DNA of 64,000 nucleotides from Nemertoderma westbladi (Eukaryota; Animalia; Xenacoelomorpha): the NCBI GenBank assembly GCA_032718475.1, contig JAUCBJ010000788.1, positions 143,188 to 207,187 on the forward strand, read 5' to 3'. Positions 30,420-44,400 of this stretch are shown in pieces. How positions within the stretch are numbered: position 1 is the first letter of the stretch; each line of letters begins with the position of its first letter. A model generated the notes under the pieces. That model worked only from the letters and a program-made list of their open reading frames with translations, had not been told where the DNA came from and ran no database searches. Made by a program: the position numbers and the translations under genes.

Positions 30420-33180
30420 TTTGAGAACCCGTCGGACGTCCACGGCTGGATCAGGCTTCTTCTTGTGGGCCACTGCTGCATCCCGGCACCGGGGCGAGGT
30501 GGGAAGAAGCATCAGTGATCCCTCGCCTCACAGGTTAACCGCCTGATCTCGGACTTCCGTTCCACCTCCCTAGTGGGTTCTGGGGTCCCTACACCTCCGC
30601 GTCGCCTCTCCGGACCCCGTCGCCAGAAGCTTGAAGAAGAATCCGTCCGGTTCGCCTCGGCAGTGGCTGAGAAGATCGAGGACGGGGACGTGAAGGGAGC
30701 CATCCGTTTGCCCACCTCCAAGGACTCCATTGCTCCCGATACCCCTGAGATGTTGGAGATGCTCCGCAGTAAGCACCCGTCCAAACCCATCGATAGACGA
30801 GTCGCATCACCGCCAGTTGCACCGTCAGCGAGGCCGTCTACACCAGCAACCCTCTGGAAGATGATCGCCTCCTTCCCCTGCGGGAGTGCAGGTGGCCCTG
30901 ATGGGGTGAGGCCCCAGATCTACAAGGATCTGGTCGCACCAACCAGCGGCGTAGCGGGTGAGCGCTTCCTGGCGGCCCTCGCGAGGTTTGTGGACACCAC
31001 GGTGGCAGGCGAGGTGCCAGTAGTCATCCGGCCAATCTTCTTTGGGGCTAACTTGTTTGCCTTCTCTAAGGTGGGCGGGGGCATCAGGCCCATAGCGGTG
31101 GGGGTCACACTCCGGCGCCTGTGCGGCAAGTACGTTGGACACCTGGTGGCGGAGCAGCGGTCAGAGTCGTATGGGATGGTTCAGCTGGGAATCGGCTGTA
31201 AGCTGGGAGTGGAAGCTGCCGCCCATGCAGTTAGGGCACTAGTGGGAGAAGAGAACCGGCCGGGTACCGTGTTGCTGAAGGTCAACTTCAGCAACGCGTT
31301 CAACTCCATTCGGCAGGATTCGATGCTGGAAGTTGTCTATGACCAGTACCCGGGCATATACAACTACACCCTCGCGGCCTATGGGGATGCAACCTTCCTC
31401 ATGCATGGCGACGACACCATTCTCTCCGACGAGGGTGTTCAGCAGGGGGACACTGACGGCCCTCGTCTCGTCGGGGACATCGCTAACCCCGTCATCCAGA
31501 CAATAGTCTGCCTTCAACGTCTGGTACCTGGACGATGGGAACCTCTCCGACAACTCCCAGGTGGTACTGCGGGACCTGGTGCGGTTGATCGAGGAGGGGG
31601 GGGGGGGAGTGCGGTTTAACGATAAACCCCAGGAAGAGTGACGTGTTCTTCCTGGGGCCAGAGACACGCCCAGATACGTCGCGAGTTTGATACCATTTGC
31701 GCTGGCATCCAGTACCCGCCTTTGGACGAGCTGATGATGCTGGGTGCGCCTATTGGAGAGTCCGCCATCAAGTCCTGCCTCGCCTCCAAGGTAGGAAACC
31801 TCTCGACTCTCGCTAGCCGCCTGCCGCTTCTCGATGCCCACCATGGGTTCTTCCTCCTGAAGAACTCATTTGCCATGCTGCGGTTGACCTACTTCCTGCG
31901 GACGGCACCCTGCTTCCAGTTTCCAGCCCTACTATAGGACTTTGATCGCGTCCAGTGTAGCACACTCCAGGAGTTCGCCAACACCCACTTTGACGACACG
32001 GTCTGACCCAGGCTTGCCTCCTGGCAAGGGTTGGTGGTCTAGGACTGAGTTCTGCAGCACAGCTCGCACCCTCCTCCGCCTTCTAGGCTTCCGCGGCTGA
32101 ATGCGCTACTCTCTCCAACTGCCTTTACCCGTCTGCAGAGGTCCCCCCTAGCCCAGCAGTAGAGTTGGCACACGCAGTGCGCAACACCTCCCTTCCAGCC
32201 GGTTCGGCACTACCCACCGTGCCTGTCCAGCGCGCATGGGTGGCCCCGGTGCACAAGGAGTCCCTCGCCAGCATCCGTTGCGCAGCATCGCAACTGAACC
32301 TCGCACAGCTGAACTCGCTCGACAACCCCACAGCGGGCTGCTGGCTCGATGCCCTGCCCCGCGCCTCATTGGGGCTGAAACTAACTGACACCCAGTTCCG
32401 GATCGCCATTGCCACCCGGCTTGGGTGCAAGGTGGTGGAACCCCACACCTGTGACCATTGCGGTAGTCCAGTCGCTGCAGACGGCCTTCACGGTCTCTCC
32501 TGCTGGAGTAGTGCGGGCCGGCACCCCCACCACACCATGATAAACAACTTGGTGAGGCGGGCACTGGTCAGCTGCGACATCCTGTCAGTCCTGGAACCCC
32601 CGGGTCTCTTCAGGAACGACGGGAAACAAGTGGACGGGGTGAGCCTCGCCCCTTGGAGCGGGGGAAGAAGCCTTACTTGGGACGCTACGGTAGTCGACCC
32701 CCTCGTCCCCAGCCACCCCCCTCGTCCCCAGCCACCTCCAATCCAATAGACCGTCATCGCCGGCGGGCGCACAGCTGAGGAGGCAGAGCGGAGGAAACGC
32801 GCGACGTACGCCGAGCTGGAGCAGCGGGGCCTCCAAATTTTTCATCCTGTGGCCTTTGAGACCCTCGGCCGCCCGGCCCGGAGACTGCGGCCTTCCTCCG
32901 GGAGGTTGGCTCCTGAATGAACGCGTTCACCCACAGACCCCACTCACTCTGCTTCCTCCTGCAGCAGATTCTGGTGGCCATTCTAGTGGACAACGCGGCT
33001 TCTGTTATGGCGACGGGCGGTCCCTCTCCGGGTGACCTTTTTGATGGACCCTGAACTCTATTCCTAACTTAATTAATTAATTCATTTTATAAAATCTGCG
33101 TCTAATTTATAAATTTAAATACCAATATTCTGTTATCAGTAATTTTGATTAAATATTGCTTATTATTTTGAAAATAAAAA
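30420..33180 (+). mobile_element. CRE-clade non-LTR retrotransposon (RT plus restriction-like endonuclease), 5'-truncated and degenerate
   Basis: SAGGPDG, IRPIAVGVTLRRL, FSNAFNSI, GVQQGD and WYLDDG (frameshifted); CDHC..H..SC zinc motif; DGVSLAPWSGGRSLTWDATV; GC-rich block in AT-rich flanks. Confidence 0.88.
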
Positions 33181-36100
33181 TGTAATGAATAATAAGGTTA
33201 TCCCAACGATGAGATTCTAATTTGGAAAAAATTTCACCAGCTTTAAAATGAAATTTAGCATTGTTTTCTATGGAGAAATTTCACTATGAGAGCGTTTTCC
33301 GCGGACATATTTTGCCTATAAAATGGACAAATGTGACCAGGGTTCCTGACCGAAGGGTGAATGGGGAGGCAGGATGAGCATGTTATTCTAACCAACGTTT
33401 ACCACATTTAAGTAGTTTATGTAGGGTTCATTAAACATAAGTTGAAACCAAGTAGGCCTATGGTGAGACATGACCAACTACAGTAACTCTAACCAAAATG
33501 ATCACAGCCACAGTATGCCCTACAGTAGTCAACTGTATAGGCCTACCCACACCAGTCCACACAGTACAGTTTGAAGTACCGCAGTACAGCTACCGGTTGT
33601 GCGGTAGTTCGTTGTACAGTGTACAGCTTTATATAGGCCTACTACAGTATATTGCATGTTGCACCTTTGCCAGAATGTTAATGTTATTCTTTTTTGTTTG
33701 TTGCTTAGGTAAGTAATACAATACTGTATAATCAGCTGGTGATGTGAAGGTTTTTAGTCTTTGTAATGTCTTTGTGTCTTTGTATTTAATTGCGATTAAA
33801 TTGGTTCACAGAATTAAATCATTAAATTAATTAATTAACCGCTTATAAAGAGCAAACTAAACTAACATAAAATTTGTTGAAATTTGTCGAAATTTGGATT
33901 ATGAATTCAGATCCTTGCATTCAATTCTTCCTAAAGTTTTCCGCTACAAATGGACTGGGGCCACTTTACAACAAAAGGACCCAAAAGGGTTATTTTTGGG
34001 CCTGTTTGATCTAAAAAGCTGCAGAGTATTTTTCGCAAAATTTGTTGAGAAGATATATTGAAAAAGGGTCCCGCTATTTTAGATAATACCATTTTTCTTT
34101 GTTCAACAATAACTTTGTCAAAAAATAATGAAATTTCTCAAAGAAATTTATCATACTTGCTAAAAAATATAACTATAATAAAACACCTTTTTTGCAATTT
34201 TATTTGTATCTGTATCGTGACAGTTTTCATGAAAATGGTCTTTGTAAAATATCGTGCTGCTCATAGGCTTGTCAAAAAATAGACTACATGTAGCTCTTAT
34301 GTTTTGGCTAATAACTCGAGTTTGAGAAAATATATGTAAAATGAATTCTTCGAAATGATTTGAAATCTTCATTAAATTCGGCACATGAATGAATTTAAAT
34401 ACAGTATTTTTGACAATTTACAAAGGAGGAGGGGGGTGCTTCCAACCCCCACCCCCACCCCCTTAAAAAATAAGTGCCTTTGAATAATGATATTTTTATG
34501 AAGGGTGGGGACGCCAAAAAAAACTGTGCTTGCACCCAGCGCCAATACATCTCGCTACGCCTCTAGCTAAACAGTTGTTCAATTCAAATACATAAATTTA
34601 GAATTTGAAGCACAAGGGACCAACACTCTACAACTCATTATATCAATTATTATGCATCCGATATACGTTGTTCTATTTTTTAGTTCCCCTGACAACCTCT
34701 TGAAACACAAACATGAATTTCGGTATATGTCATCATCTTAACCTAAATCTCGATATTTTATTAAAGATGAAACAAACATTTCCAAAAAACTCTAGTTTCC
34801 AATGCAAAAGGAGTTGAATAAAGGCCCATGCCCTTTAACTAGTCATAGCAACTAACTAGAGAGTCAAAGATTGTTAAATTTTCCTTGGCTTTGTGGTTGC
34901 ATTTTCTTTAGGAAGTTCCATTCTAATTAGGAACCGAGAGGTTACTTACTGTAATAATTGCTTAAGACTGGCTGGTTGGCTGGCTAACTGACTGATCTCC
35001 AGCTAAAAATACTCTTAACGATTTCGATGAAAAATGCGTATAAAAAATGCGTACAGCTGAATGTTTTTTAGTTATGCTGCTCTATAATTAATTAGGTGTT
35101 GTATGTATTTAATTTAAATCTTATTCGTAAAGAGAAGTTAATTATGTTTTGCCAACACAATGACATGATATGCTCATGGGTACTTCGACTTGTTACATGG
35201 TGCTTGGATTTATTACTGGTTACATGGATTTGGAATTGGGCAGTTCAATTTGTAACTGGGTGCTCAGATTTGCAACCATTTGTAACAAATCATAACCAGG
35301 GACATCAGGTTGCGACAGGGTGTTCATATTTGAAACCAAACATAATGATTTGTATTGAGGAACACAGATTTGTAACCGGGAACTCCAATTTGTTACAGAA
35401 CTCTCAGATTTGTAACTTAGAATAACTCAGATTTGTAACCAGGAACCACTACCAGGAATTCGTAACCGCTACCAGTTGACTGTTTTTTATGAAATAAAAA
35501 GGCCTTATCTGGCCGCCAGGCCCGTCACTAGTAATATATAGTATATTAGTTTCATATAGTATGGCATTATTATGGTGATGTTTATTTCTTGGGTTAGAAT
35601 AACGTGCCCCTGTAATCATCTGTAATAATCATCTGATCATTCCCCTTAATTGATAATTATCGTCGTTAATTCACCCATTCGAGATATAAATTCGCAGAAA
35701 TAGGGTTTGAGCCAAGTTCCCAAGCATAACAAAGTAGGCCTACCGTTCTACAAATTTGGGTATTCGAACAAAACATGTTTTGAGCCCGCTTTTCTAAGAA
35801 ATAATTAGCTATAATTGTACTGTGTTTCAAAATTCACTTAAAACCAAGCTGTTAATGAATATCATGAAATTATTCAGAAATTCCACAATAAAAAGGATTC
35901 CTATATCAATGTAGGCATACTCTGTTATACAACAATGTAAAGATTATCACTAAATAATATGGTGACCAATCACAGGCGTTGATTGGGCAATTTACCAATT
36001 CCTGTCTCAATGCCGTGGTTGCTAGACAACATTAATAAACAATTCCCTTTTATGATAATATAACTCCAATACGTGCAATATCCTGAATATTGATGTTCAT

Positions 36101-36982
36101 CATATAAACAACACTGTGAATATTTGTATTTAAATTTTGAATTAAATCTTATTGAATATTAACGGTTTTGTTATTTTTTTTATTTGTTATTTATTAATGA
36201 ATTAATTACTAATGAATGTCTTAAGATTTTGTGTAAAATGTCTTTACAATTTTTCATAAAAACCTAATTGTAAAATAATATCACCATTATTATTTATTCC
36301 ATTGCATTATATATACAGTAGTAGAATATTATTTTCATTATATATGTGCTATACTACACTATAATATTCTAGTATTTTGCGTATGGGTATAAGTATGTCG
36401 TTCTTGGTAATGTTTCAACGCTAATAATAAGTCAAATAAGCCAATGTTTGAGTAAATGGAAACAGATTTGTTACACACGTAGTCAATCAAAATTTTAGAA
36501 ATTCTAGACATAGATAGACTTATATAATACCTATGTCGACAGCTAGTGGTCTAATGACTATGTCCACTAATTGAATTCTACGCAAAGGCTTATCTGGACT
36601 TACGTGTACGCGATGCCCACACGTGTGTGAACTAATGCAATCTTAAATCTGAAACATCTCCTAGCGATATAGTAAAGTTACTTAAAAAATAATTTTTTCC
36701 AATAAATTATGTAGGTGATTACGTAAGTAGGTGATTCCTTAATTAGATGAATTACGTAAGAGTTGATCATTATGACAAACTAGCTTCACTATCCCTTTAT
36801 TGCACCGAGCAGGCGATTTTCATAGAAAAAAACAATTTATGTTCTTTGGTAATAAAAAGCTGTCAATACTGTGAAATATAACAAAAAAAGCCAAATTTTT
36901 TGATATTGTGTTTTCACAAAACGTTGCTTAAAAGCAACACAGTGCGATAAAAAATCGTAATATTGAAAAATTATGCAGTTAA

Positions 36983-37706
36983 GAGGGGGGCTACACCATT
37001 TTGGTCCAAAATATGTCGAAATATTTTTTATGGTATATTGTAATGCACCATTGAGTGGCGTTTCCAATTCTGAAAACTGCTACTGTATTTAATAGCTATT
37101 TTAGTTTTCAGGTTATAACAATTTCCATTTAGGGAATCCTATTGAAATTACTATTACTATGTATAATGAAAGGTCGATTATCTCCAAATATTTTTTTTAT
37201 GAAATTGTCAACTTCGAAACCCTACTACTTCTACAATTTTTGAGTAATTAGTCTGAAACTTTCTGTGGCTGTCTACATAGCCACCCTGCATAAAAGTATC
37301 AGACAACTTTTCGAAATTTTTTGTTAATAAACTTTAATACTATTTATAACAAACCTAAAAATTTAGCATAAATTTGCAGCGCCACATAGCGGTGCAGAAT
37401 TATTTTCACAAAATTTCGCCTGATAGTTATGTTGCCCCATCCTTGGTCTATCATATAAAAAAACTTTCATGTGATTAGGTTCAAAACTGTAAAAGCCTTA
37501 GGGTTTTAAGCGCAACCAAGTTTTTTTTATTTTTAACTAGTATTAACTAATATTAAATAGCGAAAAAAAAATTTTTCTGACCTGTCATCTAGAATAGAAT
37601 CTTAGGCACCTATATGCCAAATTTTAGCCAAAACCAAACAATTTTGAAACGCTGAGAGTAATAAATCGAAGTGTTGTCCAAAAATGGTGCACCCCCCCCC
37701 CCCCCC
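36983..37706. mobile_element. TTAA-flanked non-autonomous DNA transposon (Kolobok-like)
   Basis: TTAA-GAGGGGGGCTACACCATTTTGG ... CCAAAAATGGTGCACCCCCC-TTAA. Confidence 0.75.
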
Positions 37707-37799
37707 TTAATTGTTTTTATGTCGGTTTTCTTCCAGTTTGAATACAACTGTTTCGACTAACTCATTTCAACTGTTTGTTTGTCCATCTCCCTGTGTTCT

Positions 37800-38430
37800 G
37801 TGGCTGCCTCACATCTACTCCCCAATGGTGGCTGCCTCACATCTACTCCCCCAATGGTGGCTGCCTCATATTTACTCCCCAATGGTGGCTGCCTCATATC
37901 TACTCCCCAATGGTGGCTGCACCACATCTACTCCCCAATGGTGGCTGCACCACATCTACTCTCCAATGGTGGCTGCACCACAGCTACACCCCAACGGTGG
38001 CTGCTCAACATATTCAGCGTAAAGGTGGCTTCACCACACCTACTCCCCAACGGTAGCTGCACCACATCTACTCCCAATGGTGGCTGCACCACATCTACTC
38101 CCCAACGGTAGCTGCACCACATATACTCCCAACGGTAGCTGCACCACATCTAATCCCCAACGGTGGCTGCACCACATCTACTCACCAACGGTGGCTGCAC
38201 CACATATACTCCCCAACGGTGGCTGCACCACATCTACTCCCCAACGGTGGCTGCACCTCATTTTCTCCCCAACGGTGGCTGCACCACATCTACTCTCCAA
38301 AGGTGGCTGCACCACATCTACTCCCCAACGGTGGCTGCACCACATCTACTCCCCAAAGGTGGCTGCACCACATCTACTCCCCAACGGTGGATGCACCACA
38401 TCTACTCCCCAACGGTGGTTGCACCACATT
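37800..38430 (+). repeat. 28-bp minisatellite (GGTGGCTGCACCACATCTACTCCCCAAY), about 22 copies
   Basis: Head-to-tail repeats without spacers; this explains the overlapping ORFs in all three frames. Confidence 0.95.
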
Positions 38431-39385
38431 ATATTCTGCATACTACTATTTAGACTACCTTCATTGACCTATAAATAAGTTTGTTTGCTTTAGGAAATTA
38501 ATATACTAAATAAATAATTAGCAATATCATTTTAATTAATAAATTCACCTAATTAACTAATAACCAATAATTTGAATCCCAAATAATTAACTCAAATTAT
38601 CGATAGACCCTTCTATGCACTTATAAATTGCCTGTGAAACTGTATTTCCCTTAGTAATCTAATTACCAAATCTAATAATTAGCCTATTCACTTATTAAAT
38701 AAATAATTAGCTCTAAAATACTCTAAGTTCCTGTCTTTCTATAACCTTAAAAAATGTATTTAGTGTCATTAAGTGACAAACAAAAAGGCTTTTACATGCT
38801 AAAAATGGAAATCCTAAAATTGCATTGTTCTCATCCGTTTCCCAGTACCGGTACCTTTACTTTACTATGTTCCTTAAAAGTAACACATCTCATTTTGTGT
38901 CTCATAATTACAAACTAACCGCTAAATTTGCAACAATACATGTAATAGGTGGAGGTTTTACAAAAACAATACGTTATTATTTTTTTGGCACCATAAAATT
39001 ATTACAGGTATAAAAAAAAACCGACCTAAAGTCACCCCATAAACTAAAAATCACAATTTTACAATCAGCATTGAACGTTAAAACTCACAACATAATTTAA
39101 ACCTCCTACCCAAGCTTCTTCGATTTTATTAGATAATTTAATTATCTTACTACTGTATAAGCTACAAGGTACAGTAATGGATAGGTGATGGTTTTTCTTT
39201 GAGATAAGACTAATAATATAATTGTTGCTTAAAAGCAACAAGTGCAACAAACGGTTTTATTACGTTTTTATTGTGGTTTGCTTCGATTATTACTCAATTA
39301 AATAATAAAACAATTATTACTATTATCTATTATTTCAAAATTATTATTTCAGCTAATTAATAATATTATATTATTAGCCGACGCA

Positions 39386-40021
39386 ATGAGTAGTGTAACA
39401 GCTAAACAGCGGAAAGCCAAACTGGCGGAGAGAATCTACAGAGATACTCACTTCACAAAGAAAGAAGTCGAGAGATTACTAAATATATTCAGTCGTCTTA
39501 CCAAAACCGAGAAAATGGACAGAACCACCTTCAGGGACTTTCTACATGATAAGTTCGATATGACAGACGATACAATGATGGAAAGAGTGTTTAGAATATT
39601 CGATAAGGACACAGACGGGGCGATCAACATGATGGAATGGGTTTCCGGATTGTCGGTTTTCCTTTTAGGAACCCCGGCAGAGTTGATGGATTTCTGCTTC
39701 AAAGTTTACGATATAAATTCCGACGGTCACATAAGCCGTGAAGAGATCTTCGGTTTCCTGAAGAACAGTTTGGTGAAGCAACCGATTGAGGAGGACCCTG
39801 ATGAAGGAGCCAAGGATCTAGTAGAGTTGATTATAAGGATGATGGACGCCGATCATGACGGAAGGTTGTCTGCGGAAGATTACACAGAGGCTGTGCAACG
39901 GGAACCCTTACTGTTGGAAGTTCTAGGTCCTTGCATGCCGGATCCGATGAGCAAAGTTTCCTTCCTTGTCACCTTTCAAGAAGCAGCTCATTCTGTAGGC
40001 GTGTTTTTCTGGTACACGTGA
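39386..40021 (+). CDS. EFCAB1: Calaxin / EF-hand calcium-binding domain protein 1, intronless, 211 aa
   Basis: THFTKKEVERL, DRTTFRDFLHDKFDMTDD, EF-hands DKDTDG, DINSDG and DADHDG, and the calaxin-typical LKNSLVKQPIEEDPDEGAKDLVE and LLLEVLGPCMP. Confidence 0.93.
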   Translation: MSSVTAKQRKAKLAERIYRDTHFTKKEVERLLNIFSRLTKTEKMDRTTFRDFLHDKFDMTDDTMMERVFRIFDKDTDGAINMMEWVSGLSVFLLGTPAELMDFCFKVYDINSDGHISREEIFGFLKNSLVKQPIEEDPDEGAKDLVELIIRMMDADHDGRLSAEDYTEAVQREPLLLEVLGPCMPDPMSKVSFLVTFQEAAHSVGVFFWYT

Positions 40022-40379
40022 ATTATCTCCTATATTAAATAACTATTTGGTAACCAAAAAAACTAAAGATAAACAATTAAATTTTATGTATAATTGTGCA
40101 CTTCTAACTGTTTAGTCTATAAGAAAGTATTAATAATAATAATGAAATGTAAAATTAATAATATTTCGCGTTATTTAAATTTAATCTTCAGTCTTTAAAG
40201 TTACCCTTGCGCAGTACGGTATGCCATTTCAAACGTTGTTAAGCTGTGCCTTCCAAAAATTACGCTCACTTATTCAACTTTTGGCTCATTTGATAAAAAC
40301 CGACAAAATGAATTATTCATTGAAATTGTAAATAAAATATACAAATCCCAATACGACAAGGCGAGCTAACTTCCTTGGC

Positions 40380-40850
40380 AGATAAGCTTTGTCTTAGAAC
40401 AGTTCGTGTTCTCAAGAGCACCGAATGAGGACTGGACATACTGATGAGGTTCTGATTAAGGACATGGTGGGCGGTTGGCGACTCGCCCTTGCGTCAGCAG
40501 ATGATAGTGGCAATGGTGAAATTTAATTTGCCTATAAATGAATCCAACTGCACATGCAGCATTGGACAAAATAGACCAAATCTCTAACCGCATCATCCGT
40601 TGCCACTTCTCATGTTCTGGAAGACTGGCTAAGAAGTTTCCTAAGGTGGTTCTGATTGTGTGCTACTCTCCAACTAGTGTTGCCCCTGTAGAGGAGGTGG
40701 AAAATTTCTACCTGAATTTACAAGCAGCTACTGATGGTGTGGATCTGCAAGAATTCTTATCTTTCCTGGGTGACTTCAATGTAAGTCTCCATCGCTCATC
40801 CACATCTCCATGGGTTTACAGCGATAGTGCCAACCGAAATTCAGTCCAGA
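40380..40850 (+). mobile_element. LINE APE endonuclease fragment (RTE-like)
   Basis: ISNRIIRCHF..IVCYSPT..EEVENFYLNLQ..LGDFN. Confidence 0.7.
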
Positions 40851-41487
40851 CTGATTCAGGAAATCAATCCGTCATGGAAATGAAGGGCAACCTAACACTA
40901 CATGGATCTTTTCGGGGAATCTCGTTGATCTCGCGAAAGTTATGGGGGATATGGAGATGTGGAGGTGCAGTTTTTTTTTTTATAAACCGGCATTGCATTC
41001 ATAATGCACAATACATTAGGCTTGCAAGTTGTGTATTGCATGTTGGTCAGTCAACATTTTTTGTCAAGCCAGCATAGCCTCTTAATGTGCCGTTGGTTTT
41101 TTGGTTTGGGGTGCAAATTAAAAGGGGATGAACACTTAAAATTTTGATTCAAATATGAATTAATATGTATAATTTTGACTATGATCAATTAACACCTAGA
41201 CTTTACTCATTTTAATATAACTGAGAAAGCTAAGCCATTCAATCTAATTGAGTATTGAGTTACATTTGGGGGAGTTATTACATAATAATGAATAATTGTT
41301 TATTATCAATGCAGATTTATTTATTATCCATGTAGATTACACATATAAAATGTACTTTTCTGCTTTTCTATGCATACACAGTTACACTAGACACAAAACC
41401 TAATTATACACTTTATGATAAATCTATTTCCTTCACAACAATACAAAGTAGTACTCATGCGAACAAATTTCATTGGGAATAGTTTAT

Positions 41488-44400
41488 TTAGTTGCAAAGG
41501 TCTTCAGAGCAGAATTGGTAGTGGCAGTTGTCTTTGCCTTCACAAAGAACGCGTTCTATTGCATCGTAATCATTCGTATCAACATCTGGTGGTAGGTCGT
41601 CTAGATCATCGGCTGTGGCGCAATAAGCTGCTGTTTCATCTCCTAGTTTAGAAGTCTGAAATAAGAATATTATATTTACCGTTAGTGTAGGCCTAGCCAT
41701 GGAATTATAATTGTATGTATCAGCAAGGCGACGATGGTCAGCTGATTAGTAGGTTTCGTACAACACAAGGTCTCAAGTCTCAAGTCTCAAGTGCCAAACC
41801 CGGAAAATGAAAATATAATTTATTTATTAAGTCCTAAAGTGAGACATAGAATCAGGGGTAATCAATTGAAATTCGTCAAACGCGTTACTAAATGTTAATA
41901 TTATTAAGGGGCCGTCCAAGTATGACGTCAGCACTTTAGGGGGGGTTGGGAAAATCTGATGACGTGCTGATGAGGGGAGGGGAGGGGGTCAGCCAAAATC
42001 TGACGTCAGCATGTTCATTTATAGGTGCTAGAAGAGATATAGCACAAGAGTAAATACTGTAGCTTGCTATTTTAATTGTTCGAAGCCCCCGAAGGCCCCT
42101 AGCAAAACCTTCTGTTTCAGTTACCAGTCACCATGTTTCAGTGATTAGGACGCGTGCTACTGGGGTACTGCGGTACTGGGGTTCGCCTGAAAATGAAACA
42201 TTTTTTTTTATCTGATTTAGGGGGGGGGGGGGGGGGGGGGGGGTCAACGCCTATCTGATGACATCTGATTTAGGGGAGGGAGGGGGTCAACATTTTGGGG
42301 AAAAGTGCAGACGTCATACTTGGAACGGCCCCTAACTGGGGTGAGTTTGTGTATATAGGTTAATACATTTCAGGTATTAGCAGAATCGGTAACTCTGGGT
42401 GTATACTATATATTCCTTTGCAGTACAGATGTACTGTACCGTACTGTGTGCTCACTTACTGTACCAATATATTCCTTTACAGCACAGCACACCGTGCCTG
42501 AAGTAGCTCAATGACTTTGAGCTCAAAAATACTCATGGACAATTTTTGTTTTAGATTATTTGTTTTTTATTTTTTATAATATAGATAAATACTGTAGGCA
42601 TATTAATATTAGAGACGATAAAATAATAAAGTGAATTTATTAATTTAAAGTAAATTAACAGACAAATAATTATTAGGACCGTATAAAATAATGTAAAGTA
42701 ATTCAACTACTGTAATACTGTATACCGCAATGAAGTGAATGAAGCAATAATGATGGATCCAATAACGAGTTTAAAGTAAACAGGTAGAATGTGGGAACGT
42801 GCAATACAATAGCATATCAAGAGAAATAACAAAAAATAAGTTACCTAAAGAAGGGGTGCTTTAATAGTGAAGATTATGATGGGGGCCCAGATCTGGAATA
42901 AGCCGCGGGTCATCAATAGAAGATGGTGGCATAGCTTAAAGAGATCTATGTCCTCTCAGACATATGCCTGCTGATCTCACCAGACTAAATGAGATCCTGC
43001 AACGCAGCCAGTGCGATACAGCTGCATAAGTGGAGCCTCTCTTCTCCGAAAGGAGACCTGCCAGATATGCCATGAAACGGCTGCACTCCGGTCCTGCTGC
43101 ACCACCAGTCGAAAACACTAAAGGAGTAAAGGAGGCACGCTCGACATTTATAATTCTATCATTGTAGGACCGGCGCTTCTCCCCTTCGTGGCTCTTAAGA
43201 ATAGAGTCTATAGGAGAGGAGAGATATGATGTTGCATTAGGGTAAAATACACGAACATCGAAAAAAAAAGATTTGGAGAAGCGTCCCCAAAACCCCCTTG
43301 CCGAAATATCCAGACGAGCTTCACTGGATGTGTTAGTGTTGCTTTAGATTATTGCTTATATCAATAGAAGTGAAAAAAATTATAATTTAAAATCGGTCGG
43401 GGTCGGGGTCTTCAAATTTATAAAGTTTTAAAAGAATGTAAATTAAACGTATTATTGTTCGGTTCGGTATCTTCGATTTATTTATTTATTTTTAAGAATA
43501 AAAATATTTCTATTCCCACACATTTTCTGTTGATGAAATGTTTATGTCAACAGAAGAAGTGAAAAATCGTCTTTAATCACAAAAAACCTTTAACCAAATT
43601 ACCAGTGAAACAAATTACCATGGTATGGGGAATATTGAATCCTTGCCTTATAATGACTGTGGATTGGATTGGATATTCTTTACTTAATTAATTCATATTG
43701 TTTTTAAGTGGGAAATTTGAAAGTTTAAAAACATAATTCATTCGTAAATAACGAATGACGTAGATTTTATCAATTTTCAACCAAATTTTGTATGGCTATA
43801 CTAAAGAAAAAGTTCCAATATTTTTTAAAGTTACGGGTTAATCCCTCACGAACTTTTCACTCCAGATCAAATTGATTTTTTTGCCAATTTTTGCCAAAGT
43901 TCGCGGGCTGCACGACGCCTCACGAACGTGTTGCAGGTGTAGGGAGATAGCTGCTGTACTTTACTGCAGTAATCTCACCACACTCGTTTAGTAGTCCAAC
44001 AGTGTTGAGAATTCAATTATCAAAACCTACCTTGGGTATTTATAAAAATGTTTGGCACAGCCAGTATTTTTCAAAAAATGTGAAAGTCTCTGGGGGGTAT
44101 AGCGCATTTTCTGACCAAAAACCGAGAGCCGTTTTTCCATCTGGCTCTGATATATCGCGATATCGGTAAATGCGATGAAGTTTGGGATTTGCATTTTCTA
44201 CAAGTTTCTGTGCTCAGTGGAGACAATTGGATGTCTCCACGAGAAAGAGCACAAAATTTTAATTGAGAAGGTAATTTTTTATGATTATTGGAAATACTGG
44301 TCAGTTTATAAGACAACTTTATAAGGCGACTCTGCGGTCTTTGTGGGATTACGCGGAATAGACTTATCGGTCAACGGAGATTTTCAAAATGAATAATCTC

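Noticed and set aside
37711-38478. Overlapping repetitive ORFs, or a CRISPR-like array
   Set aside because: Artefacts of a spacerless 28-bp minisatellite.
42488-42520. RAG/Transib RSS-like terminus
   Set aside because: Starts CACACCG rather than CACAGTG, shows no nonamer, and has a 4-bp rather than 5-bp TSD.
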